From NCBI RefSeq assembly GCF_057098645.1, contig NZ_CM169472.1: a stretch of DNA of 64,000 nt; one strand, given 5' to 3'. The position numbers were made by a program, and so were the translations under genes. The notes under the pieces were generated by a model that was not told the origin of the DNA, did not search any database, and worked only from the letters and a program-made list of their open reading frames with translations. This document shows, one piece after another, positions 21,642-31,485 of the stretch (positions are counted from its first letter, which is position 1; the number at the start of each line of letters is the position of its first letter).

Positions 21642-22718
21642 ATGACGACCAATAAAATTACAGATGGAACTGAGATGACATTCAAACACTTTTTACTTTC
21701 TCTGGTATCAGGATTACTTCTGATATCTTCCCACAACGTTGCCGCTGAAAAAATTCTTCGTTATACAGACCATGAACCCTACGGGGGAATGCGTACACAA
21801 ATAATTAAAGAGATATTTTTTGCAGAAATTGAAAAAGAGTCGCAGGGGCGTTTGAAAATCGAACCACACTGGAACGGTGAAACCGCCATCAGCTATGACG
21901 CTCTGACGACAATAAGTGATGGTAGCAAAGCTGATATGGGTATAGTGGTACCGGAATACACAGCGAAACAATTACCGCTTCATCAAATCTTCAAGAGCTT
22001 TGCTATTGGCCCGGATCATGGAGCCAGTCAGGTAGAATTCTTTCGTCGCGTATATGCGGAAATTCCCGAATTTAACGCTGAACTTGAGCGTAACAATATC
22101 GTGAATTTACAGTTTTTCCTTGGCTACCCGGTAGGCTTTTTCTCTACCAGGCCCATTGATAAATTGACTGCACTTCAGGGAACCACCTGGCGAACAGCCA
22201 GTTTCTGGCATCGGGCTTATTTAACTCATACGGGGGCAAAAACCGTAACCTTACCGTGGAATGAGCAAATTACGACAGCACTCCGCGACGGACAACTCGA
22301 TGGCCTAATGGTCAATCTTGATAGCGGATATGACATCCATGCTGAACGTGCTGCGCCGAATGTGTTGCTCTCCCCTTCGCTCTGGCTTGGTCATGTTTAT
22401 CTGTTGGTAATGAATAAACAAACGTGGGAAAACCTTGATAACAGAGATCGTGAGGCTATTCAACGAGCGGCCATTACAACCGAGAAAGCGCTGGGCAAGG
22501 CATTAGATAACAACCTGATCAGCATGGTAAAAACGCTTGAGCAGGAAGGTGCACAGGTTCGCTATTTGAAAAAATCAGAGCTGGACGCCTGGCAGAAAGC
22601 GATTGGTTATCAGCAAGAGCAAACTCAGTGGGTAGAAAAGCAAAATAATGAAGGCGTGGAGAAAGCCGGGGGAGTCATGCAAAAAGTTGCCAATATACTT
22701 GATGAAACAATGCGTTAA
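21642..22718 (+). CDS. orphan TRAP-type (DctP family) periplasmic solute-binding protein; likely start at second in-frame Met 21675
   Basis: 358 aa; signal peptide MTFKHFLLSLVSGLLLISSHNVAAEK; DctP-like pattern incl. conserved Arg (TTWRTA) and RDGQLDG...NLD; no DctQ/DctM genes adjacent. Confidence 0.65.
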   Translation: MTTNKITDGTEMTFKHFLLSLVSGLLLISSHNVAAEKILRYTDHEPYGGMRTQIIKEIFFAEIEKESQGRLKIEPHWNGETAISYDALTTISDGSKADMGIVVPEYTAKQLPLHQIFKSFAIGPDHGASQVEFFRRVYAEIPEFNAELERNNIVNLQFFLGYPVGFFSTRPIDKLTALQGTTWRTASFWHRAYLTHTGAKTVTLPWNEQITTALRDGQLDGLMVNLDSGYDIHAERAAPNVLLSPSLWLGHVYLLVMNKQTWENLDNRDREAIQRAAITTEKALGKALDNNLISMVKTLEQEGAQVRYLKKSELDAWQKAIGYQQEQTQWVEKQNNEGVEKAGGVMQKVANILDETMR

Positions 22719-22728
22719 ATTGGTAGTG

Positions 22729-22752
22729 CGCCCATGAACTTCATGGGCGCTT
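22729..22752. terminator. perfect hairpin GCGCCCATGAACTTCATGGGCGC between convergent SBP gene and mscS
   Basis: 11-nt arms exactly complementary, located in 41-bp convergent gap. Confidence 0.6.
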
Positions 22753-22759
22753 TACATGA

Positions 22760-23635
<876 letters not shown>

Positions 23636-23776
23636 TCAATATTCCTTTTCAACTGACTCAAAATGGAGAAATACACTCCGCCGCCTTATGACGGGCAGTC
23701 TGACAAGGGTAAACAATAAAGCATAATTTTGCCAAATAGATCACAGATTTCTCATCTGCATCACCTTGCTTTTGGC

Positions 23777-23800
23777 GAAAAAAAGACCCGCAGAGCGGGC
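23777..23800 (-). terminator. fbaA rho-independent terminator
   Basis: minus-strand hairpin GGCCCGCTCTGCGGGTC followed by T7 run. Confidence 0.6.
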
Positions 23801-23825
23801 CTTGAGATAAGCAGAAAGGAATGAC

Positions 23826-24905
23826 TTACAGAACGTCGATCGCGTTCAGTTCCTGGAATGCTTTTTCCAGACGAGCGATCATCGAAGTCTGACCGGCACG
23901 CAGCCATACGCGCGGATCGTAGTATTTCTTGTTCGGCTGATCTTCGCCTTTCGGGTTACCCAGCTGACCCTGCAGATAAGCTTCGTTCGCTTTGTAGTAG
24001 TTCAGAACGCCTTCCCAGGTTGCCCATTGGGTATCGGTATCGATGTTCATTTTCACTACGCCGTAGCTTACGGAGTCTTTGATTTCCTGAGCAGTAGAAC
24101 CGGAACCACCGTGGAATACGAAGTTCAGGCTGTTGTGCGGCAGGTTGTGTTTCTTAGAAACATATTCCTGAGAATCACGCAGGATGGTCGGAGTCAGAAC
24201 CACGTTACCCGGCTTGTAAACACCGTGTACGTTACCGAAGGACGCTGCGATGGTGAAACGCGGGCTGATTTTGCTCAGCTCGGTGTATGCGTAATCAACG
24301 TCTTCCGGCTGGGTGTACAGTGCAGAAGCGTCCATGTGGCTGTTGTCCACGCCGTCTTCTTCACCACCGGTGCAACCCAGTTCGATTTCCAGAGTCATGC
24401 CGATTTTGGACATGCGCTCCAGGTATTTAGAGCAGATTTCGATGTTCTCTTGCAGAGATTCTTCAGACAGGTCGATCATGTGAGAAGAGAACAGCGGCTT
24501 GCCGGTAGCAGCGAAGTGTTTTTCACCCGCGTCCAGCAGACCGTCGATCCACGGCAGCAGTTTCTTCGCGCAGTGGTCAGTGTGCAGGATAACCGGAACA
24601 CCATAATGTTCAGCCATCTGGTGAACGTGATGCGCACCAGAGATCGCGCCCAGGATAGCAGCACCCTGCGGAACGTCAGATTTCACGCCTTTACCAGCGA
24701 TAAAAGAAGCACCACCGTTGGAGAACTGAACGATAACCGGCGCTTTAACTTTAGCAGCGGTTTCCAGTACGGCGTTGATGGAGTCAGTACCGACGCAGTT
24801 TACTGCTGGCAGTGCGAAGTTGTTTTCTTTTGCTACCTGGAAAACTTTCTGTACGTCATCACCAGTGATTACGCCAGGTTTTACGAAATCAAAAATCTTA
24901 GACAT
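23826..24905 (-). CDS. fbaA: fructose-bisphosphate aldolase class II
   Basis: ORF 23826..24989 trimmed to MSKIFDFVKPGVITGDDVQKVFQVAKENNFALPAVN (359 aa). Confidence 0.97.
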   Translation of the reverse strand: MSKIFDFVKPGVITGDDVQKVFQVAKENNFALPAVNCVGTDSINAVLETAAKVKAPVIVQFSNGGASFIAGKGVKSDVPQGAAILGAISGAHHVHQMAEHYGVPVILHTDHCAKKLLPWIDGLLDAGEKHFAATGKPLFSSHMIDLSEESLQENIEICSKYLERMSKIGMTLEIELGCTGGEEDGVDNSHMDASALYTQPEDVDYAYTELSKISPRFTIAASFGNVHGVYKPGNVVLTPTILRDSQEYVSKKHNLPHNSLNFVFHGGSGSTAQEIKDSVSYGVVKMNIDTDTQWATWEGVLNYYKANEAYLQGQLGNPKGEDQPNKKYYDPRVWLRAGQTSMIARLEKAFQELNAIDVL

Positions 24906-25119
24906 GTCTCTTGTCCTGTATCGTCGGGCCTTATACTCGTCATACTTCAAGTTGCATGTGCTGCGTCTGCGCTCGCTCACCCCAGTCACTTACTTATGTA
25001 AGCTCCTGGGGATTCACTCTCTTGTCGCCTTCCTGCAACTCGAATTATTTAGAGTATGAAAAAATGCGTGCTCTAAAAGCGCGCTGAAACAAGGGCAGGT
25101 TTCCCTGCCCTGTGATTTT

Positions 25120-26283
25120 TTACTTCTTAGCGCGCTCTTCGAGCATCGCTACTGCAGGCAGTACTTTACCTTCCACGAATTCGAGGAATGCGCCGCCGCC
25201 AGTGGAGATGTAGGAGATTTTGTCAGCAATGCCGAACAGGTCGATTGCTGCCAGAGTGTCGCCGCCGCCAGCGATGGAGAACGCTTCGCTGTCTGCGATA
25301 GCGTTAGCCACGATTTCAGTACCTTTGCGGAAGTTCGGGAATTCGAACACGCCAACCGGACCGTTCCACAGAATGGTTTTCGCATTCTTCAGGATTTCAG
25401 CCAGTTCCTGAGCGGAAGCATCACCGATATCCAGGATCTGCTCGTCAGCTTTCACATCGTTAACAGATTTCAGGGTAGCCGGTGCAGTTTCAGAGAACTC
25501 GGTTGCTACGCGAACATCAGACGGAACCGGGATGTTGCAGGTGGTCAGCAGACGTTTTGCTTCGTCAACCAGGTCAGCTTCGTACAGGGATTTACCCACA
25601 TCGTGGCCTTGTGCCGCGATAAAGGTGTTAGCGATACCACCACCAACAATCAGCTGGTCAGCGATTTTAGACAGGGAGTCCAGAACGGTCAGTTTGGTAG
25701 ATACTTTAGAACCACCAACGATAGCCACCATCGGGCGAGCAGGTTCTTTCAGTGCTTTACCCAGCGCGTCCAGTTCAGCTGCCAGCAGCGGGCCTGCGCA
25801 CGCAACGTCAGCGAATTTACCGATACCGTGAGTAGAAGCCTGCGCGCGGTGAGCAGTACCGAATGCGTCCATTACGAACACGTCACACAGTGCAGCGTAT
25901 TTTTTGGACAGGGTTTCGTCGTCTTTCTTCTCGCCTTTGTTGAAGCGAACGTTTTCCAGAACAACCAGTTCACCTTCAGCAACGTCAACGCCGTCGAGGT
26001 AATCTTTAACCAGACGAACCGGGTTAGACAGTTTGTCTTTCAGGTAGTTAACAACCGGCAGCAGAGAGAATTCTTCGTTGTACTCGCCTTCGGTAGGACG
26101 ACCCAGGTGGGAAGTTACCATCACTTTTGCGCCTTGTTTCAGGGCCAGTTCGATGGTCGGCAGAGAAGCACGGATACGCGCGTCGCTGGTTACTTTCCCG
26201 TCTTTTACTGGTACGTTCAGATCCGCACGGATAAATACACGTTTCCCAGCAAGATCCAGATCGGTCATCTTAATTACAGACAT
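25120..26283 (-). CDS. pgk: phosphoglycerate kinase
   Basis: ORF 25120..26346 trimmed to [26 protein letters not shown] (387 aa). Confidence 0.97.
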
Positions 26284-26332
26284 GGTGAATCCTCTCGTTG
26301 ATTCTAAAAGTTTTGCAGACGCTGCTTGCGTC

Positions 26333-27352
26333 TTACCTGAAAGCAACAGTAGCCATAGCTAACGTCGTGTCGAGCATTCGGTTAGCAAAGCCCCATTCGT
26401 TATCGCACCAGACCAACGTTTTGATCAGGTGTGCGCCACTGACCCGGGTTTGGGTGCCATCGACAATGGCACTGTGCGGATCGTGGTTAAAATCTACAGA
26501 GACCAACGGCAATTCCGTATAGTCAACTATACCATGAAATGCACCTTGTGCTGCTTTTTGCAGCAACAGGTTGACTTCATTGGCTTTTACAGGTTTCTTC
26601 ACCGTCACGCTTAAATCGATTGCCGTCACATTTATGGTTGGCACACGTACCGCAATCGCTTCAAAGCGATCGTTAAATTGCGGAAAAAATCGTGTGATAC
26701 CGGCGGCCAGTTTAGTATCGACCGGAATGATCGACTGGCTGGCTGCCCGGGTGCGACGCAGGTCAGGATGGTATGCATCAATAACCTGTTGATCGTGCAT
26801 GGCGGAGTGAATTGTGGTCACAGTGCCGGACTCAATACCGTACGCATCATCTAACAATTTGATGACGGGAATTATGCAATTCGTGGTACAGGAAGCGTTA
26901 GAAACGATGCGGTGTTCCGCACGAAGTTGATCCTGATTGACGCCGTAAACAACGGTCGCGTCGAGATCGTTACTGCCAGGATGTGAAAAGAGCACTTTTT
27001 TGGCCCCGGCGGCAATATGCGCTTCGCCATGCTCGCGGGAGCCATATACGCCGGTGCAGTCGAGTACTACATCAACGCCAAGTTCACGCCAGGGGAGCGA
27101 TTGCAGTGAACGTTCATGCAATACGCGGATGGCGTCATCACCGACAAAAAGTTGATCGCGTTCCTGTCGTACTTCCCATGCAAAACGGCCATGGCTGGTG
27201 TCATATTTCAACAAATGCGCCATGCCCGCAGCATCCGCCAGTTCGTTGATTGCCACCACGGTAATTTCCGCCCGGCGTCCGGATTCATACAAAGCACGAA
27301 CCACATTACGCCCGATGCGACCGAAGCCATTTATCGCTACGCGTACGGTCAT
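26333..27352 (-). CDS. epd: D-erythrose-4-phosphate dehydrogenase
   Basis: ORF 26333..27436 trimmed to [37 protein letters not shown] (339 aa). Confidence 0.95.
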
Positions 27353-27579
27353 AGATCTCCTGCAAGGTTTTCCCTGAGCAAATTTGCCAGACAGAGTAAT
27401 CCAGCAAATCGTCCGGGGAAACCTTACCTGTCGCAAACTGCGACTGATTGGTTAATTGTCGAACATTTAATCGACTGAAACGCTTCAGCTAGGATAAGCG
27501 AAACGTGGAATAAAAGGAATGATTGTCCAGTCAAAGAAAACAATTATCTGACTTACGTCACGTTTTCAGCCCCGCCCCT

Positions 27580-27595
27580 GTGGAATTTATTCCAC
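27580..27595. promoter_or_regulatory. perfect 16-bp palindrome GTGGAATTTATTCCAC, candidate operator upstream of PPC/ECF operon
   Basis: 7-bp perfect inverted arms, 2-bp spacer; half-site GTGGAAT recurs at about 27505; about 130 bp upstream of first operon gene. Confidence 0.4.
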
Positions 27596-27723
27596 TTTGC
27601 AGAATCACGAATAAGCGTAGCAAAATCTTTTCGTTGTGCCGTCACAAACCCTGACTTATATCAGAATATGACTGATGCAGCGTCGATATTATCCGCAATA
27701 CGTCCGAGTTTCGGAGTACTCCA

Positions 27724-28155
27724 ATGATGACATTGCCCTACCCATATTCTTCCTCCGCACGCTTTTACGCACTGCGCCTCCTCCCCGGGCAGGAAGTTTT
27801 TTCCCAGCTACACGCTTTTGCACAGCAGCAGCAACTTCATGCCGCCTGGATTGCAGGCTGTACCGGTAGCCTGACTGACATCGCCTTGCGCTATGCCGGG
27901 CAAGAAGGCACCACGCTCCTGAACGGTACATTCGAAGTGATCTCACTAAACGGCACGTTGGAACAGAGTGGTGAGCATCTTCATCTCTGCGTTTCCGATC
28001 CACACGGCACGATGCTTGGCGGTCATATGATGCCCGGCTGTACCGTGCGGACCACGCTTGAACTGGTGATCGGTAGCCTTGAGGAACTGGCGTTTAGCCG
28101 CCAACCTTGCGCGCTTTCTGGTTACGACGAGTTGCATATTTCCCCCGTTAAATAA
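27724..28155 (+). CDS. PPC (DUF296) domain protein, first gene of ECF-transporter operon
   Basis: 143 aa; FEVISLNGTL...HLHLCVSDPHGTMLGGHMMPG...LELVIGSL matches PPC/DUF296 core pattern; GGAG RBS. Confidence 0.7.
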   Translation: MMTLPYPYSSSARFYALRLLPGQEVFSQLHAFAQQQQLHAAWIAGCTGSLTDIALRYAGQEGTTLLNGTFEVISLNGTLEQSGEHLHLCVSDPHGTMLGGHMMPGCTVRTTLELVIGSLEELAFSRQPCALSGYDELHISPVK

Positions 28156-28177
28156 CTACTTTCAGAGAGGTTTTCTT

Positions 28178-28756
28178 ATGGCGCGTAGCCACTTTTCCAG
28201 TCAGGCACTGGTGTTGATCGTTATATCTATCGCCATCAATATGATCGGCGGGCAACTGGCCAGCATGGTCAAATTACCTATATTTCTCGACTCCATCGGC
28301 ACACTTATTAGCGCGGTACTGCTTGGTCCGGTGATCGGAATGCTGACCGGCTTACTGACCAATTTACTCTGGGGATTGCTGACCGACCCGATCGCCGCCG
28401 CATTTGCACCCGTCGCGATGGTCATCGGCCTGGTCGCCGGTTGGCTGGCGCGAGCGGGTTGGTTTCGCACCCTGCCAAAAGTCGTTGTCAGCGGCGTGAT
28501 TATTACGCTTGCGGTAACGGTCGTCGCTGTACCGCTGCGTACTGCGCTGTTCGGCGGTGTCACCGGTAGCGGAGCCGATTTGTTCGTTGCCTGGATGCAC
28601 TCTATGGGGCAAAACCTGGTGGAGTCGGTGGCGATTACGGTGATAGGCGCAAACCTGGTCGATAAAATTCTTACAGCGGTGATTGTCTGGCTTTTACTGC
28701 GCCAGCTGCCGATTCGCACCACGCGCCATTTTCCGGCAATGGCTGCCGTGCGCTAA
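28178..28756 (+). CDS. ECF transporter substrate-specific (S) component, substrate unknown
   Basis: ORF 28079..28756 trimmed to MARSHFSSQALVLIVISIAINMIGG (192 aa), about 6 TM helices; AGAGAGG RBS 7 nt upstream; 22 nt after PPC gene stop. Confidence 0.7.
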   Translation: MARSHFSSQALVLIVISIAINMIGGQLASMVKLPIFLDSIGTLISAVLLGPVIGMLTGLLTNLLWGLLTDPIAAAFAPVAMVIGLVAGWLARAGWFRTLPKVVVSGVIITLAVTVVAVPLRTALFGGVTGSGADLFVAWMHSMGQNLVESVAITVIGANLVDKILTAVIVWLLLRQLPIRTTRHFPAMAAVR

Positions 28757-29464
28757 ATGCATCCGTTTACATCCTTAACGCTGTGGGCGCTGGCGGCCTG
28801 CACCACGCTTATCCTGCCCGCGCAGACCATTTTGCCGATCTATAGCGCGGCGACCTTTTTTTGCCTTATTGCGCTAAAGGCCACGCGGCGGCGGGCAAAA
28901 TATGTCGTCTGGCTGATGTTCTCGCTGGGAGCCGGGCTGTGGCTGGTACACGGTGGCTGGCTGACAGAATGGCTAAGCGGCACGCCACGCTCGCCTGAAC
29001 GGTGGACGCATGCTATTACGCTCTGGTTGCGCATTCTGGCTATCGTTTCAACCTCACAGTTGTGGATGCAGTACGTCCCCGTACAGCGCTTTATCCGCGC
29101 CCTGTTCGCCTCCCGCCTGCCGCCGGGCGTCGCTTATCTGTTTGCCGGGCCGTTATTGGTCGTTGAGCAATTAAAACGGCAATTAGCGATTATTCATGAA
29201 GCACAGCGTGCGCGCGGCGTGCCGCTGGATGAGGGCTGGTATCAGCGTTTACGTGCGATGCCCGCGTTAATTATTCCGCTAACACACAATGCGCTAAACG
29301 ATCTTGCTGTCCGCGGTGCGGCGCTGGATATGCGGGCATTTCGGATCCACAACCGACGAACAACGTTGTGGGCACCAGCCGATAGCACCCTACAACGCGT
29401 AGCGCGTTACACCATTATCTTGCTGATGCTGACAGAATTCGGAGCGTGGATATGGTTACGTTAG
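28757..29464 (+). CDS. ECF transporter transmembrane (T) component (EcfT/CbiQ family)
   Basis: 235 aa multi-TM; start codon immediately follows S-gene stop (TAAATG). Confidence 0.7.
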   Translation: MHPFTSLTLWALAACTTLILPAQTILPIYSAATFFCLIALKATRRRAKYVVWLMFSLGAGLWLVHGGWLTEWLSGTPRSPERWTHAITLWLRILAIVSTSQLWMQYVPVQRFIRALFASRLPPGVAYLFAGPLLVVEQLKRQLAIIHEAQRARGVPLDEGWYQRLRAMPALIIPLTHNALNDLAVRGAALDMRAFRIHNRRTTLWAPADSTLQRVARYTIILLMLTEFGAWIWLR

Positions 29465-30129
29465 AACAGTTCCGTTATTGCCCGACACACTCAACGCATC
29501 CTCCGTTCTGTTATGACTTTCACTATGTCAAACCGGGGATGGTCGCCATCTTTGGTGACAACGGCAGTGGCAAAAGTACGCTGGCACAGCTGATGGCGGG
29601 CTGGTATCCGGACTTTCTGCCAGGAGAGATAACAGGCACGGGGACGCTCCTCGGTACGCCCATTGGGCATCTCCCGCTTAATGAACAATCCGCCACCATC
29701 CAGCTCGTCCAGCAATCGCCCTATTTGCAGCTCTCCGGCTGTACCTTTAGCGTGGAAGAAGAAGTTGCCTTTGGGCCAGAAAATCTGTGTCTTGCTGAAA
29801 AAGAGATTATGGCGAGGATTGATGCCGCCCTGACTCTGACCGAGTGCCAGCCGTTGCGCCATCGTCACCCGGCAACACTCTCTGGTGGAGAGACACAGCG
29901 CGTGGTCATCGCCTGCGCCATCGCGATGCAGCCAAAACTATTAATTCTTGATGAAGCCTTTAGCCGCCTGACGCCGCAGGCCAGCGAAATGCTGTTGCAG
30001 CGCTTACAACACTGGGCGTTTGAACGTGGTTCGCTGATTATTCTTTTTGAACGTCATCGCACACCTTTCCTGAACTACTGCCAGCAAGCGTGGCAATTGC
30101 AAAACGGAGCGCTCCAGCCACTATGTTAA
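29452..30129 (+). CDS. ECF/ABC transporter ATPase 1 (canonical motifs)
   Basis: ORF 29446..30129; Walker A GDNGSGKST, Q-loop, signature LSGGETQRV, Walker B LLILDEA; overlaps T gene end. Confidence 0.8.
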   Translation: MVTLEQFRYCPTHSTHPPFCYDFHYVKPGMVAIFGDNGSGKSTLAQLMAGWYPDFLPGEITGTGTLLGTPIGHLPLNEQSATIQLVQQSPYLQLSGCTFSVEEEVAFGPENLCLAEKEIMARIDAALTLTECQPLRHRHPATLSGGETQRVVIACAIAMQPKLLILDEAFSRLTPQASEMLLQRLQHWAFERGSLIILFERHRTPFLNYCQQAWQLQNGALQPLC

Positions 30130-30800
30130 CGTTAAATCAGATATCTTATCGCTGGCCTGGCGCGGCAACGGATTGTCTTTGCGACATTTCTCTGCAACTC
30201 AAACAAGGTGAATGGTTGGCGTTGACCGGTGACAATGGCGCAGGGAAATCGACGCTGTTACGAGTAATGGCAGGTCTTCTTACGCCCACAGCCGGTACGG
30301 TTATGCTGCAACAACAGGCGATGAAAAACCTGAAAAACCGCCAGCGCGCGGCAAAGATTGGCGTACTGTTTCAGGAAGCGGAAAACCAACTTTTTCACAG
30401 CACCGTCGCTGACGAGATCGCATTTGGTTTGAAACTGCAAAAATGCCCGGCGGATGAAATCACTCAACGTACCCATGCTGCCCTACAATGTTGTCAGTTA
30501 GCAGACACTGCCAGCGCGCACCCGTTGGATCTGCATAGTGCGCAGCGACGGATGGTCGCCGTCGCCTGCCTGGAAGCACTCTCTCCGCCACTATTGCTGC
30601 TGGACGAGCCGAGTCGGGATTTTGACGAAAATTGGTTGAGCGTGTTTGAAAACTGGCTGGAGAAGTGCCGCCAGCGAGGCACGAGCGTCGTAGCAATCAG
30701 TCATGACGCCGCATTTACCCGGCGTCATTTCTCTCGTGTGGTGCGACTGGAAGATGGTCTAATCAGGATCATTAATCCACCAGACGATATTCACCCGTAG
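30123..30800 (+). CDS. ECF/ABC transporter ATPase 2 (degenerate signature motif)
   Basis: ORF 30090..30800 trimmed to MLTLNQISYRWPG; Walker A TGDNGAGKST, Walker B LLLLDEP, H-loop ISHD, signature replaced by LHSAQRR; ATGTTAA start/stop overlap with ATPase 1. Confidence 0.8.
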   Translation: MLTLNQISYRWPGAATDCLCDISLQLKQGEWLALTGDNGAGKSTLLRVMAGLLTPTAGTVMLQQQAMKNLKNRQRAAKIGVLFQEAENQLFHSTVADEIAFGLKLQKCPADEITQRTHAALQCCQLADTASAHPLDLHSAQRRMVAVACLEALSPPLLLLDEPSRDFDENWLSVFENWLEKCRQRGTSVVAISHDAAFTRRHFSRVVRLEDGLIRIINPPDDIHP

Positions 30801-31485
30801 CGGTCATCATTAAGGTCAAATTTGCAGGCAGACTCTCTTCCAGCACCCGGCGAACATTCGGCCCGTCGGTACGGTCATAAAAAGCTTCTGCGTCTGCCAG
30901 CGATAACCCTCCCGCCAGCTTGCGCCCCACCAGTCGTTCCCGCAACGCAGTAGCTGGCGCATTGATAAAGATCGAGAAATCACAAAATTGCGCAAGCTGG
31001 CACCACTTCTCGTCGTCCAGCAACAACCAGTTTCCTTCAACGATGACGAGTGGTGCGGTAACGTGCAACGCATCTTCAACAGGATCATGCTTTTGTCGAT
31101 CATACTGCGGCCACGTACAATCCCCTTCCACGACCTGGCGCAGATTTTCCGCCAGTTTCGCTACGTCAAATGTCTCTGGTGCGCCTTTGAAGGGGCGCAA
31201 TTGATGCGCATCCAGCCAGCTATTGTAATGGTGAAAACCATCCATCGGCAGCGTCTGAATAGCGGGCAGTTCCGGGTCTTGTTGCGCGAGATATTCCCAG
31301 AAGGTGGTTAGGGTAGATTTACCCGTCCCCGGCGGAGCGCAAAGAAAAACCACGGTTCGGCGCTGCGGATTTACCGTCTGTAAGGCCGCCAGCATACGCA
31401 GCAACGGTTTATGCACGCGTTCTATCTCTTCATCATGGTACTGCGCTTGCACGTTCAGCCCATTCACCGTTAATTCAATTTTCAC
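30772..31485 (-). CDS. yggC: P-loop NTPase YggC (uridine kinase-like)
   Basis: 237 aa; MKIELTVNGLNVQAQYHDEEIERVHKPLLRMLAAL...FLCAPPGTGKSTL. Confidence 0.9.
   Translation of the reverse strand: MKIELTVNGLNVQAQYHDEEIERVHKPLLRMLAALQTVNPQRRTVVFLCAPPGTGKSTLTTFWEYLAQQDPELPAIQTLPMDGFHHYNSWLDAHQLRPFKGAPETFDVAKLAENLRQVVEGDCTWPQYDRQKHDPVEDALHVTAPLVIVEGNWLLLDDEKWCQLAQFCDFSIFINAPATALRERLVGRKLAGGLSLADAEAFYDRTDGPNVRRVLEESLPANLTLMMTATGEYRLVD

Noticed and set aside
27437-27723. Riboswitch (TPP, FMN, cobalamin or preQ1) in the leader of the ECF operon
   Set aside because: No recognisable conserved riboswitch core (e.g. CUGAGA plus ACCUGAUCUGGAUAAUGC for TPP) found by eye; only a palindrome and promoter-like hexamers. 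Could still be settled by a covariance-model scan.
29446-30800. Single fused YkoD-like double ATPase with a frameshift
   Set aside because: Each ORF has a complete set of ATPase motifs and the junction is a classic ATGTTAA start/stop overlap, so two coupled genes is the simpler reading.
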